A stretch of 64,000 nucleotides of DNA from Lophium mytilinum (Eukaryota). The notes under the pieces were generated by a model. It ran no database searches and was not told the origin of the DNA. It saw only the letters and a list, made by a program, of their open reading frames with translations. Positions 1 to 12,083 of this stretch are shown here, in pieces (the first letter of the stretch is position 1; the number at the start of each line of letters is the position of its first letter). The stretch lies in assembly GCA_010093605.1 (NCBI GenBank), contig MU004185.1, positions 207,334-271,333 on the forward strand, read 5' to 3'. The position numbers were made by a program, and so were the translations under genes.

Positions 1-30
1 ATCGTATGAAGTGATGGTAAGAAGACAGTG

Positions 31-912
31 TCAAGAGCTTTGGCAAAGTCTACATGAACTAGAATGCTGTCTCCAATAATGTGGGGATGTGGTATACATG
101 CCCACCCGCGCCTGTCTTCGACAAGCGACGGACTCGTAATCCCCTTTCGTGTGCCTCCAGTCCCAATGCTCCAGGTACGGGAATCTGGATGCGAGAGCCG
201 CGAAGGATGATGGCTCGACGTGACGTTTGGAAGCGGGGTACAAGATTATCAGGTTGCTAATGGAATAGAGTAAAGGCAGTTTGTCGATGTTTGGAGGCCG
301 GATAATCGAACGCCTGTACCGCTCGGCACCAATACTATTCAGGACACTATCAGGTAAACTTAGTCGACGACGTCCCGGGTACCACTGTTTGTCCCTGGCT
401 GCGTTTTCGTTGCGCCCGCTGCACCACGCTCGGTCTGCTCTTGAGTGGAAATCCCTCAAGACAAGGGTTCGGCCAGCATGTCCGTTCGTAAACTCCAGTA
501 CTTTCAATATTCGGAATAGGCCAACGAGTGCTCGCGTGAAGGTAGCGTTGTTGACGCGGTGATCGTTGTCAGTCTCCCTAAGTGCACACTCTTTGTCAGA
601 CTATGATGGGAGGATGATGTCGTATCGAATGACTTTGATGAACCGCACACGATACTTTAAATCATCTCCTAGAAGTTTCTTGACCTCTGAAATCTCCTGA
701 CTATTGAAATGAATATCGCGGAAGGTTCGTCGCTCGACTTCATACTGCCAGCTGCGTGAAACTGTCGAGTAGGGAGCGCACTTAGTTCCTCTTCCGCCTC
801 CTTCTATTGCGGAACCCGTATTGGAGGGCCATGACTGTGCGCCGTCGCGGTCTTCCGGTGGGACGAGCTGAAATAGGATCTCCTCAACAACTTCTTGCGG
901 TACTTTTTCCAT
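31..912 (-). pseudogene. F-box-like N-terminus hypothetical protein interrupted by an in-frame TAG at 601-603; probably continues beyond the left edge through an intron
   Basis: ORFs 601..912 and 31..507 are in the same frame. Reading through the TAG gives YDIILPS*SDKECALRETDNDHRVNNATFTRALVGLFRILKVLEF. The N-terminus VPQEVVEEIL...YSTVSRSWQYEVERRTFRDI is F-box-like. Confidence 0.65.
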
Positions 913-1368
913 CTTGGTACGTAGTGGGGGCTTGATCGATCGTTTTAGATATGGAGCGATGTATGAAGGTGGTGGTGGCTAACGTTGTTGATCTGATGAT
1001 GATAGAGTTGATAGAGAAGGAAGAGGTTGACAAGGTGCAGAGATTTTCATATCTACAGAAGTGGGCTGTAGCACACTAATGCTGAGCCGTAGAGCACTAA
1101 AGCTAAGCTGTAGCCTGCTAAAGATGAGCTGTGATATGTGCACGGACCCACGGCGCGCCCAGCTATCAACGCTGAGATCCTTATTTCTTCTTAGGAGGAT
1201 TTCTAGAGCGAGTCGGTGCCAACATGTGTAGGTTCAATGGTTCTGGCCAATGCATGCTCTGGTAGACACGCCACGGGTATTAGGTATCACACCTGCGAAT
1301 GAGGCGCTTGCTTGAGTCCCTCGCATATCCGAGTGAGATGGTTAGAACAGTAGATTAGTCGCGTATTG

Positions 1369-2024
1369 CTAAAGCACCCCATTCAGATGAAGGCGAAGTG
1401 TGCAAGCTAACACGGCGATATACACAACCGCGCCTTGTCCCATAGACAAGATCCTGGGCCAGGAAGCCGCCGAATTAGTCACCGGAGCACTGGTCAAAGT
1501 ATTCGTAGCAAATGCCGCCGAGGTGCGTGTCGCTCCGATAGTTCCGGCCGATGTAGAAGCCTTCGTAGGGTTAACGATAATGTTGAGCTGCGTAGCAGTC
1601 GGGTTTCCGGAGGCAGAGTCGGGCGGGCCTTGATCAGGGGGCTCTGTGTGTTCTCCGGGTTCGACAGTTTTTGGTTTTGGATTATTGGGATTCTCGTTTG
1701 GATTCTCTTTTGGATTTTGGTTCGGATTCGGATTGATGGTAGGATTCTTGTTGGGGTTCTCATTTGGATGCGGGATCGGAGCCGGTGGCTCGATCGGCTC
1801 TATTGGCTTGGGTTTTGGAATAAAAATACGAGGAACCAGGGTCCTCTCGGCGCGATCTTCTGGAGCGACATGAGACTACGAAAACATATCGAAAGACGGT
1901 GGGGAACATTCATACCGATGGCTAGATTATGGACTCGAGACTTGCCTGGTGCATTTTTGGCAACCAAAGGACTTGTAAAGCACAATATTTGAAGAATAGA
2001 GAGCGCAAAGAGTGTAGAACGCAT
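1369..2024 (-). CDS. Secreted Asn-Pro-repeat, Ser/Thr-rich, probably GPI-anchored cell-surface protein (2 exons; intron 1860-1915)
   Basis: Signal peptide MRSTLFALSILQILCFTSPLVA. A GTATGA...CTCCAG intron joins it to EDRAERTLVPRIFIPKPKPIEP...PNENPNKNPTINPNPNQNPKENPNENPNNP..., then a S/T/A-rich tract and a hydrophobic tail NSAASWPRILSMGQGAVVYIAVLACTLRLHLNGVL*. Confidence 0.7.
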
Positions 2025-2486
2025 TTTGAATATTTTTGATGTTCCTTACTCAAGGCAGAGACGCCAGAAGAGGACGAAGAGTAGGAGGAATGCACAGGTA
2101 CTTAAGAGGTTGGAAGAGGGCAATGCCGTGCGGCACAGCGGTGGCAGCGCTGCATCCCTAGATGCTTCGCCACTCAGGATCCACATGCAAAAAGTACAGT
2201 ACTAACTTAGCCATGATCCTTTCAGGTCGGTCCTGGGATATTGAGCCTATAAGACGTCGTTTCAAAGTGGTGCGGCGGCTATGCCTTCCAGGTCTCTGGG
2301 GCCAAAACACAGCCTCATGTTTCATCAAGTCGACCAGGGCAGATTCAGGAGTACCTAATCTGAAAATTGAGAAAGTCGCAGAGCTGTCATGTGACCCTAG
2401 TCCTTGAATAACAACTAGAATTAGATAACCAAGCTGACTCGCGATGCTAGCGATCAATTTATTGTCAGGCATCGCTAATGAAATGA

Positions 2487-2541
2487 GAAAGCTATGAGAA
2501 AGCTATGGGAAAGCTATGGGAAAGCTTTGAGAAAGCTTTGA
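2487..2541. repeat. 11-bp minisatellite, GAAAGCTWTGR x5
   Basis: gaaagctatga gaaagctatgg gaaagctatgg gaaagctttga gaaagctttga. Confidence 0.85.
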
Positions 2542-4125
2542 GGTCACCTGCACAGACCCTCTGCTGATTCAGCAGAACTCTTGGCTTTTGCTCGACTTCC
2601 AAATTTTCGCGAAATTCAATATTCCCACCATCAAAACCATCCCCCATCGCAGCTCTCCAACTCAAGCGCCTGTTGCGTACTCACGCTTGTTGCTCAGCCT
2701 TACCCTCACGATACCATCGTCCCGCAGCTTCCGCGTGAACAACTCGTAGGAAGATGCGGGGAGGGCTTTGAGTAGGAGAGCTGGCCTGTGAAGGTGGTTC
2801 TGGGAGTACTAGAAACTAGCTGCCATCGCCATCCCAGTCGACAGAAACTCTTTGAAGGTGTCAGCTGCCCAGAGGAAGAGCTTCACTAACAACTAGGCTC
2901 CAACGAACGCGTCTCGACTCTGCGCACCCGACTACACCATATCGAGCGACCGACCCAAAATCCACCGGGCCATTCTCCCTCTCCCACAGCTCTCTATGTA
3001 CGTACATACTTCATTTCATCTCCAACACCACCCCCAGCGTACAATGATGAGAAGTTTTCAACCCTCAAGAAATCTTATAGGAAGAGCCGGAAAAGGTATG
3101 GCCAGTATCGACAAATGCTGTGCTGTCGCTGCTTATATCACGGGTCTCTGAAATACGCTTCGCATCACACATTTTCTCGTCTATTGTTTGGGGAATAATG
3201 AGCTAATTGCGATGAGAACAGGTTCGAGCGCCTCCTCCCTACGGCCGTCCTGTCGCATCGCGTAGATACAAGAGATATGCGTGAATACAATATACGAGCT
3301 CATAAAATCAATCCCGATGCCCTAGACGTGAAGATATACTCGTGAGACTGAGATATAAGAGAAACGCTGGTTGGGCTCGTCGACGAGAGCGTGTCAACGA
3401 CGGTATGAGAGCGTCGCCACTCCCTCCGCCTCTTAGCATTAGCGTGCTAGAAGGACCCACGAGTTAGGCATTCCGTGCCATAACTGTGAAGGGAAAGACA
3501 TTCATATTCATCTCAAGAGCCCCCTCAACTTGACCCACGACTAGACCATGCCTCACAACGCAGCCACGCTGATGTGTCCGTACCCGCCCTACTGCGCTTC
3601 TACAAACAGAAGGCTCAAAATTAGTCCTGAAAGCAGAAGTAGGCATAGACTTTTGCTGAGCTGGTTCCGCTGATGAGAAGACGGTTCCTACAGGTTTAAC
3701 GACCCAAGGCAAGAAAGCGGTTTGGTAGGCTTGAAGGGATCGAGAAGTGTATCAGAGCACATGTGAAATAGAATTGAGGCGAGATTGAAGCGGTGCTTCA
3801 TTTGCTGGGATTCATAGCGGAGAAAGCATCGAGATTAAAGGCACGCGGCGGAGTGGGTCTGAGGATGGGGTGTGAGTATCGGGCTGATCTTGAAAGGCGG
3901 CCATGAGATCAACAGCTGTATGGAGTGAAGAATAGAACATGGAGAGTCATTCTGCGGAGGTAGAGGAGGAGACTCATAGCGGGTGGGAGAACGGCCTTCT
4001 CTTTAGTTGAAGAAATAAAATGGAACTTGTTCGTCAATCTACCATATTCCATCGTAGTCGTGTTTGAACACCTTTTCAACTTCTTCCACTGATGTCTTGG
4101 GCACCCAAAAGTCTCGCAAAAGAGC

Positions 4126-4132
4126 AAAAAAA
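4126..4132 (-). terminator. RNA polymerase III T-tract terminator of the tRNA-Lys gene
   Basis: A7 on the plus strand is T7 on the minus strand, ~30 nt downstream of the tRNA 3' end. Confidence 0.7.
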
Positions 4133-4162
4133 GATGACGATGTTGCTATTCATCGGGAATTG

Positions 4163-4260
4163 AGCCCGATGCGGGGGTCGAACCCGCAACCTTGAGATTG
4201 CTTTCACTGCCACAGGGCTGTGGTAAGAGTCTCACGCTCTACCGATTGAGCTAACCAGGC
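4163..4260 (-). tRNA. tRNA-Lys (anticodon CTT) with a ~25-nt intron
   Basis: Minus strand reads GCCTGGT TA GCTC AATCGGTA GAGC G TGAGA CT-CTT-A [CCACAGCCCTGTGGCAGTGAAAGCA] A TCTCA AGGTT GCGGG TTCGACC CCCGC ATCGGGC T. The cloverleaf is complete, A and B boxes are present, and the intron is at the canonical 37/38 position. Confidence 0.96.
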
Positions 4261-4502
4261 GAATCAGGTGATTTTGATATCTGCCGGAACGAGAGCGTAG
4301 ATATGCCTAGGGAGCGGCGGTAGTGAGGGCAAGTTTATCGCAAGATGAGCTTTGCCTACTGATCCAGGATGCTCTCTTGCTATTTAGGCTCGGCGTTGTG
4401 TGTGTGTGTCATAGTACACAAATTCTGAAAGAATTCTTTGAGTCATAAAACGCTGTCCGTGCAGGGGAAATCCTGTGCCGACGGGGCGAACTCCATGTTC
4501 TT

Positions 4503-5695
4503 TCAAGGAATGATAAACGGATTCGAATCCGCATAGTTCCCGGAGTTGAAGTCGTACGGGGCCAAAGAATTTAGACTTTTGTCGTCCTCCATATTCAGCC
4601 AAGCATGTTCGATTTCATCCACACCCCCAAAAGTCCCCAGGTCGAGCAGATCCAGTCCTGTTTCATCGAAGGTGAAAAGAGCCGAGTAGAATGGCATCTG
4701 CTTTTCTCCAGCAGCATCAGCAAACACATCGGGTAGAATGCCGTCCAGACTTCCATCTAGCAACGGCGGCGTGGGTACGTCGGGACTCAGACTGCTCTCC
4801 CCGCCACTCATCATCTCTTCGTTGACCAGGTCCGTGAAATCGAAATCGAACCCAAGCTCCTCCTCTCCTCCGTTCTGTACTCGTTGTCTATCTTCCTTGC
4901 TCTCTTCTTGTGGTAAGTCAAGCCCCTGGACTGTGGCCATCTCCCCCTGCTTCAACTTCACATACTGGGCAGGTGTCACACCCATCCGATCCTTGAACAC
5001 TTTATGGAAGTATCTCGGTGTCAGCCCTACGGCCTTTGCCAAATCTTTCAATCCGAGTTCGTTTGCATTCCCTTTAGCGACAGCGGCTACGATGATCGAA
5101 CAAGCCTTTTCGAATGCTATGTCTGCGGCGTCTTTCCTAGAGTTCAACCGAGTCAGCATAATCCTATAGGAACTAGATTTAGGATTCTATGCTATCCGCT
5201 TAACTGCGACGGTGTTTCAAGCGTTTGATATCGCGGTTTCAAGAAGGCGTGTGTACACGGGGTGATACGTACTCGTCGCCAGCATCCGGTTTACACCGCT
5301 TACACGCCCTAAATCCGTCCCTTGCTGCCTCAGCCGCTGAAGGATAGAACACTACGTTTGCGCGTCGAGCACTATGGATCAACCTTCAAATCAGTAAAAC
5401 TTTCTCTAATGCCATCTGATGACAAAGAAGACTTGGTAGTCCAGCTCGTTAAATGCCACTTCGCTCAAATCACGTGCCCCACAGCTTTTCCAGGCGTAGC
5501 TTTGAGACAAAGATCTCTGGAATGAAAGAGATATATATATATAGTAGATTTGACTACGTACAGACGCGCAGGACATGTCGGGCGGCAATAGCAATTCGTG
5601 CTCTTGACCGCGTATATGAATGCGGAGTAAGCGGCGGGGTCGCGGGTTGTGAGAGCGGCCCAGCGGCTGGAGGAGGTGGTAAAGCTGGAGGACAT
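4503..5695 (-). CDS. Ada-type methylphosphotriester-sensing Zn domain plus AraC HTH regulator (3 exons: 5562-5695, 5273-5371, 4503-5136)
   Basis: Spliced protein MSSSFTTSSSRWAALTTRDPAAYSAFIYAVKSTNCYCRPTCPARLARRANVVFYPSAAEAARDGFRACKRCKPD...LKDLAKAVGLTPRYFHKVFKDRMGVTPAQY. It has the CRPxC and CKRC Zn ligands, an AraC HTH and an acidic C-terminus. Both introns are GTACGT...TAG. Confidence 0.9.
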
Positions 5696-6047
5696 TTTGA
5701 TGATAGACAGAGTGCTACGGGATAGGGAAGAAGTTTGGATGAATGGAGGGAAAGGATGGGGCATATATGGCATCTCGAGGTTGAAGGTTGAAGAAGCGTG
5801 ATGGCATGGCTGCGGGGGTTCGAGAGCACTGATTGGCTACTTTGAGAGCACTCTTGGGGGGCAGGGGGCTATGACGCAACCAACATTACATTTCGTGGAA
5901 TAGCATGGAGATCGTGTATGGTAGCTCCGTGTACTATCGACATGTGTTCTAGGGCCGCTTCAATGCCCTTGCTAGATTCTCAAGGTAGCGCTCAACGCGA
6001 AAAGGTCACGTGAATGTCATGTGTGCCAAGTAGCGGAGTCTGTTCCT

Positions 6048-7762
6048 TCAGCTCTCACAATATGGGCAACTACGATCCGTCATATCGTCCATCATGTTCA
6101 ATCCGCCCGCATCTACAAGCAAACGCCGCACACCTTGTTCAATATAGGTCATCTTCTTCGTATTACCCGGGCCTTTAAATGGTCCAAATGGCGAAAGCCC
6201 GCACCTTGCGCCATGGACTGGCACTCCCTCTGAAAGCAGTAGTCTGACCATCGACTCGAGCCCTTTCTCCGCTGCCAGCCGAAGTGCCAGCCCGCTTATC
6301 GCACGATTGCCGAGTACAGCTCCGTGTTGACGTAGGAGATCGAAGAAGTCGGTGTGCTCTAGCTGGACCACGAAGATGATAGGGGGCGTGGGTTCCACAA
6401 CGCACGAGATGCCATCAGCTTTGAGAGTATATCTTGGCTTCGCGGGTTCGAGCTTGAGTCCATGTTCCAGAAGTAAACGCGTCTTCACGAGCTGGCCCTT
6501 GCTGATCGTTTGGTGGAGATGATGAGGCGTGGGTTCCGAACCGCGGGCTAGGAATATGGAGACGAGTTCTGGAGTTCCGCTGAGGCATGCTTCTAGCCAG
6601 TATAGTTCGACTGTATTATCTGCATTGCGGACAGACGGGTTTTGCTCTCTGAAGCTGCGGGAGTCCTGGGGCTGTAGGAGGTATTTCACTACGGCTGTAG
6701 TGCGGTTGATGAAACGGTGGAAGGCTCCTGGGTCAAATTTTGAAGCAATATTGATCTTGCGGTCACTATCAAATGGGGAGGGGAGGTCCCAGAGCTGGAT
6801 GAAGATGTCACGACCGGATATGCCGTTGAAAGCGATCAGGTATTCCAGCTGGAAAAAGTCGACTGGGGCCACCCAACTCCTGCGGGTCCATGCTCGAGGA
6901 ACGATAGCATCGTGATGTGCGCCGTTTTTAGCATAAATCGCAGCTCGCAACAGATCTGGATTACAAGTTTCAGCTGCTGTATTGAGTATGCCTAAGATAT
7001 ACGCAGACCACAGGGGTCCGTTTGAAGAGAAGTCAATCTCTCCTAGGAGGAACTCGAGAACGTGATACTGTCCTTGCTTAGCAGCGGCCTTGGCCGGACA
7101 GCCAAAGACGTGACCGCAAATTGTACCACCAGATGGTTCTCGAGCCTCTGGGAATCTTTTGATCTCTTCAAATAGGATTTTTACCAGGTCCAGGAACCCC
7201 ATATAAGCCGCTGCAACCATAGCATCAACTGTGATATTGTACTCGAGCGGAGCGTCGACAATAACGAAAGAATTGCGGTTGCTGGGTCCAACTCGTGCTT
7301 TGGACCATATGGGCTCGGTCAATGGGAGCTGTCGATCACAGCAGAAGCACAGCGCTTCTAGATAGGCCCTCCTTGCGGTATAGTCGTGATCTGAAATCCC
7401 ATTTCGTCGACATAAAGTCTGTGCCGTTGTACGAATCGCTGATATAATAGTGATTTTTGTGGACGTCTTCTCTTCTTGGAAGATCCGAGAGAGGAGGTAT
7501 GAGTGGTATACTCGTTTCGGCATATCCTTGGACGATTTGGCACATTTCCGTGATTCTAGAAGATCTGTCGCGAATACAGCCTGTTCGACCTCCTGTGAAA
7601 ATAGCTCTTGGAATCATCAGTTCGATAAATTAGACAAGAGCGTTCAGGGACGAACATACTATTGACCAGCCTCAATCTCAGTCCCCTTTGCAGTCCTCGT
7701 TCTAGGACAGCTTGCTTGAGGATATCGCGGAGGACCTCCAGAGGAATGTCTGAAAAGGCCAT
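6048..7762 (-). CDS. F-box-like N-terminus plus ankyrin-repeat protein (intron 7607-7659)
   Basis: Exon 1 MAFSDIPLEVLRDILKQAVLERGLQRGLRLRLVN splices in frame to KLFSQEV...MPKRVY. Ankyrin-like motifs: AAAYMGFLDLVKIL, AAAKQGQYHVLEFLL, ALRLAAEKGLESMVRLLLSEG. Confidence 0.8.
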
Positions 7763-8208
7763 AGTGAGAACTTTACAGAAGGCAAGGGCTTGCATGAGAA
7801 TGAAGGGCTGAAAAGGGAGACGCATACATATATACTTGAAAGAGGTCGTAGGAGTTGCTGCCTGGAAGCAAGGGATGCGGAGATTCATTCCACAGAATGC
7901 TGATTTTGCATTGGGATCGCGTCATACATATAGGTTGATACCCTTGTATGTATAGAGTGAGAATCAGAGAGAAGAAAGACCTCTAGGTTGATGCACAAAA
8001 ACGAGAGGGCGAGCGTGTATTGTGCCCAGGTGCATGGCCTTCAGGTTTTGGATTTTACTGGGGTTTGACAGAATTACGCTAGCGTACTGACACATGATAC
8101 GGAACCTGAGAATGTATTTGCTTGTTTCATCATTCATATCTCGGACAAAAAGGGATTCTCCAATACTGCGTTGTCTCCTTGATCACGTGAAAGGCACGTG
8201 ATGCTCTA

Positions 8209-9309
8209 TCACTCGGGGTTCCCCTCAATCTCTTCCTTTATATTCTTTGCATTCACGCCCTTCAGTCCAAACTTATCGATCTTCTCATCCGCCCATAGTG
8301 GTCGTGTATCGAAGTTGAAATTTAGAATCTCGGGTCGTTGATAGTGTCCCGCAGCATCAACCCAGACCTTAACCCCACCCAGCTGCGAAAGATCAATTTC
8401 ACCCTGGATTAGCTTCTCCTCAGCACCCGTATGCGGGCCCGCAATGTAGGCACAAAAAGGATGAATCACAGCCGACCACCCGCCACCAGCTTTGACAAGA
8501 TCCTGCTCGCCCAGATTCTCCTTCATCCAATCCAGGCAGGTGTCGTCAACGTAATTTGACGCGGTGATGCAGAAGACCTGGGCGGTAAGTGCGTGCGTTT
8601 TCATCAGAGCTTCAATCTGTGCGTCGGCCACAGGTTCAAATCCCGCCATGGTCGACAGCGCAGGCCACGCCCCAGCATGGATGTGCTGGTTCTGTTGAAT
8701 GAGAGCTTGTCGAGCGCCGTTCATCGTATGCTCCCAGCACGCCAGACCGCCGAGATTGTAGCCCAACGAGAGCGGCCAATTCTTCAGAGTGCTGCCATCT
8801 CCTTGGGCCCAGACATAGCGCTCGCAGTAGGTGGGCTGCAGCTTGCGATGGACGCCGAGGATGCTGCCATCAGACTCGATGATGACCTGCGAATTGAAGA
8901 GTGTATGGCCTCCCGCAATGCGCTCTGATACGCCGAGACTGATTGCCACACCAGTCCGGCGGCAGGCATCCTGGATACCGCTCACGTCCTTTCCATTGGG
9001 CTCGACGACGACGCTCTCCTCCGCATACTGGACAAGGGCCCCGACTTGCTTCAAGGGCGGGTAGCATTCTATCCAGTACTATGGGAGGGATTAGTTGGAG
9101 CACCTTGCGAAGTACAGATGTGCAGCAGCACCAGGGCGTACCGGATATCCGGGAATGAAAGTCTCGGGAAAGACCAGGAGCTTGATATCGTCGGAAGCGG
9201 CCTGCTCGATCAGACGAATGACTTTCTTAGTGGTAGCGGCTTTGTCCATGAACACAGGCGCCGCGTGAGCCGCCGCCACTTTGAACTTTGGGGTCTTTGG
9301 GGGCGCCAT
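8209..9309 (-). CDS. Nitrilase (carbon-nitrogen hydrolase, aliphatic nitrilase-like); one intron at ~9082-9141
   Basis: Catalytic triad motifs LLVFPETFIPGYP (E), HRKLQPTYCER (K) and GGLACWEH (C); C-terminal DAAGHYQRPEI. Confidence 0.92.
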
Positions 9310-10225
9310 GTTGGTGACAGTAGCAGTGGTTGAGGATGCAGGAAAAGCAACAAGCAGCTCCTGTAGGAGGAGGGGTAGCTCCCTGGCCACGCTACTTTAT
9401 GGGTGGGCCATGTATGGGTTTGAGAACTGCGGGCGTTTCGTGCCGGTCCTGGCGCCTCAGCCGTGGGGAGACCAAGCAGACCCAGTCAGGCCAACAGCGA
9501 GGCGAGCGGCTCACCGGCTGTTGCGCTAGAGATGGTGGGATGCAGCTGCGGGCACATGGGGCTTCCTCCTGTCGATCCGCTGCTCTAACCCTCTACAAAC
9601 TCTTCTAATCGGCCGTTGACCTTTCTCGACGGACTTGCAAGGAACACTGACTCGAGTGCTCCACCTTCACAACTCATGTACACGCGTGCTTATGTATGCT
9701 CGACGGATAGACGGCTTTGAGAACAAGGATCGATCATCAGACATCGTAAGGTTCGTAACGCCAAAATTCAGAGCTTGAAATCCACCATTTCTTCGGGGTC
9801 GCGTCGGTACTGTGCCGGATACTGTCAATGGCGTGCGGCTCTTACACGAACGAGCACGTGGAAACTGTGGCATGAATGCAAGCAGAAACTCGTCTCCAGT
9901 TGCTCGGTGTATTGGCCATGCACACGAGTCGGAGAAGAGAAGATCTTTCCTGCGTGCCGTTACTGCGATGACCACGCCTCACCGCAAGGGACCCTGGGAC
10001 CCACGAAGAACTCTCGTTTTCAATCCTCGGCTCTCCAACGACAGTGGGCCAAAAAGACGATCAGCGCGGGAGCGGCTGGCTCCGAGTTCGTATGAAGACG
10101 AATGACCTCGCCCTACGTAGGGTCTCGAGTCCGCGTCCCCCACTGTCTTCTATCGTGGCGTATTAGAGCCAAGACGCCATAACAACATACAATAGAGATC
10201 CTCGAGAATCTCGAGGACTGCCAAG

Positions 10226-11770
10226 ATGGCAGACTACTTCTCGAATCCCCCACCAGGCCTGGATCTGAGCGAAAATCGGACAGCTTCCAACAATGCCGTT
10301 GGTGCTGTGCTCTTTGGGCTCTCAGCGGTGTTCGTGGGTTTGCGGCTGCTCACCCGATTGAAGTACCAGCATGCAGCGCTGGGGCTGGACGACTGGCTCA
10401 TGTTTTTTGGTCTGGGGCTGAATGCTGGAAATTTGGCTTGTTGCATTGCAGGTAAGCTGTCTCTACAATACATCGTCACGAACCTGTACACGGTGTCGTG
10501 TCTGAAGTGTTTCCATATCCGAATAAGAGGATAGAACGGAATTATGACAAACCTCGAATCTTTCTGGGTGAATCCGAAGCGGTACAAGACCATACACGTT
10601 CACGACGAGACGCCGCACTATCCTGTCGTAACTAGAATCTGATCGATACTGTACTTTAGGGGGTTTCTTCGGGTTAGGACGTCACATTTACGTCCTCACG
10701 CCCTACGATATGCGACAAATCTCTATCATTACATTCGCATACGTCTTCATTTACGCCTGGAGCGTCTGCATCATCAAGTTCTCCATCATAGCCCTCTACC
10801 GCCGTATTTTCGGCATGACATTGCTAGGCTGGTGGTGCGTATTCTTGACTACAGGATACCTCATCACGAACCATATTGTGCTTCCACTATACACCAAACC
10901 GCTTTCATATTACTGGGACCAGTGGTACGGTGTGAAAGGTGTTGTTCAGGTCAACGAAGGAAATGTCTGCTCTCCGTACCCTCCTTATTCGTCGAATAGT
11001 ACGTTTACTTATGTTCAACGTAGTTCTACCTCGGAATAGGCATCATAAATCTCTTCGGTGATCTCTGCATCTTATCAGTCCCCATCCGCAACGTATGGCG
11101 CCTACAAATGAGCCGACCGCAGAAGTTCATTATTATGTTCATGTTTCTACTCGGAAGCTTCGTTTGCTTCGCCTCCCTCTACCGCATCGTTACCATCATC
11201 CGTTTAACCAAAACCACCGATATCTCCTGGGCCAAATCGGACGTCTTCATCTGGTCCTCTGTCGAGCCGTCCATTGGCATTATCTCTGGTTGTCTACCCA
11301 CTCTCCGCCCCGTATTAATGCACATATTACACGACGTCTTCGGCTACGACCTTAAATCCTCAGGTTCCGATAATGGAGGACCTCCGTATCCAACTCTAGA
11401 AACGATATCCAAGAAGCGCACGAGGAAGGTGAGGAATCGGGACGTAGATGCGGAGGTATTGAACGAAACCCAACTTACACAGTTTGGAGACGAGAGGGAT
11501 GACGGGGGCAATGGGGAGATCGCACTTGTGAGTTCGCCGGGAAAGACGAAGATCAGGTTCGGCAAAATTGAGGCGGAGACAGGGAGGTGGCGACCTGACG
11601 AGGATGAGATGTGCTTGACGACGACGGTCGTTGAAGGGCGAAACGCCTCGAAAACGAATGTGGGGTGCCACACAGATAAAGACGTGGAGTCGCAGGGTTG
11701 TGAGAGTAGAGACGGGATCAAGGTGGAGAAGCAGTTCTTTTGGGGAGAGGAGACAGGAGAAACCCGATGA
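10226..11770 (+). CDS. PTH11-like / fungal rhodopsin-domain integral membrane protein (3 exons; introns ~10452-10659 and ~10964-11022)
   Basis: VGLRLLTR...LGLDDWLM, GLGRHI, IKFSIIALYRRIF, DLCILSVPIRNVWRLQM, WSSVEPSIGIISGCLPTLRP; seven hydrophobic segments; no CFEM domain. Confidence 0.9.
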
Positions 11771-12083
11771 TGAATGACCTTAACTATGAGACGAAACCAC
11801 CGCTTCAATGACGGAGAATGGCGGCTGGAGAGTAGCGGTGAGGAAAACACGTGGCCCAAGATGACCTTGACTTGACGCTACTGTTTGGCAAGCCACCGAC
11901 GGAAGAAGCCAGCTCTCGGCATGAAAGAGTTCAAGGACCGCCGGTCCTTTCAACAACACTACTTCAACTGCTCTACTGTCTACTTCGACATCCCTTCTCT
12001 CCAACAATTCTCACTTCTTCGACACATCCATTCCTCTTCGAGACATTTCGAACCTTGAACTCCTTCCCGGACTCTTCCACATC

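Noticed and set aside
1435..1992. Plus-strand Trp/Ile-rich ORFs (185 aa and 75 aa)
   Set aside because: They are antisense shadows of the Asn-Pro repeat gene on the minus strand.
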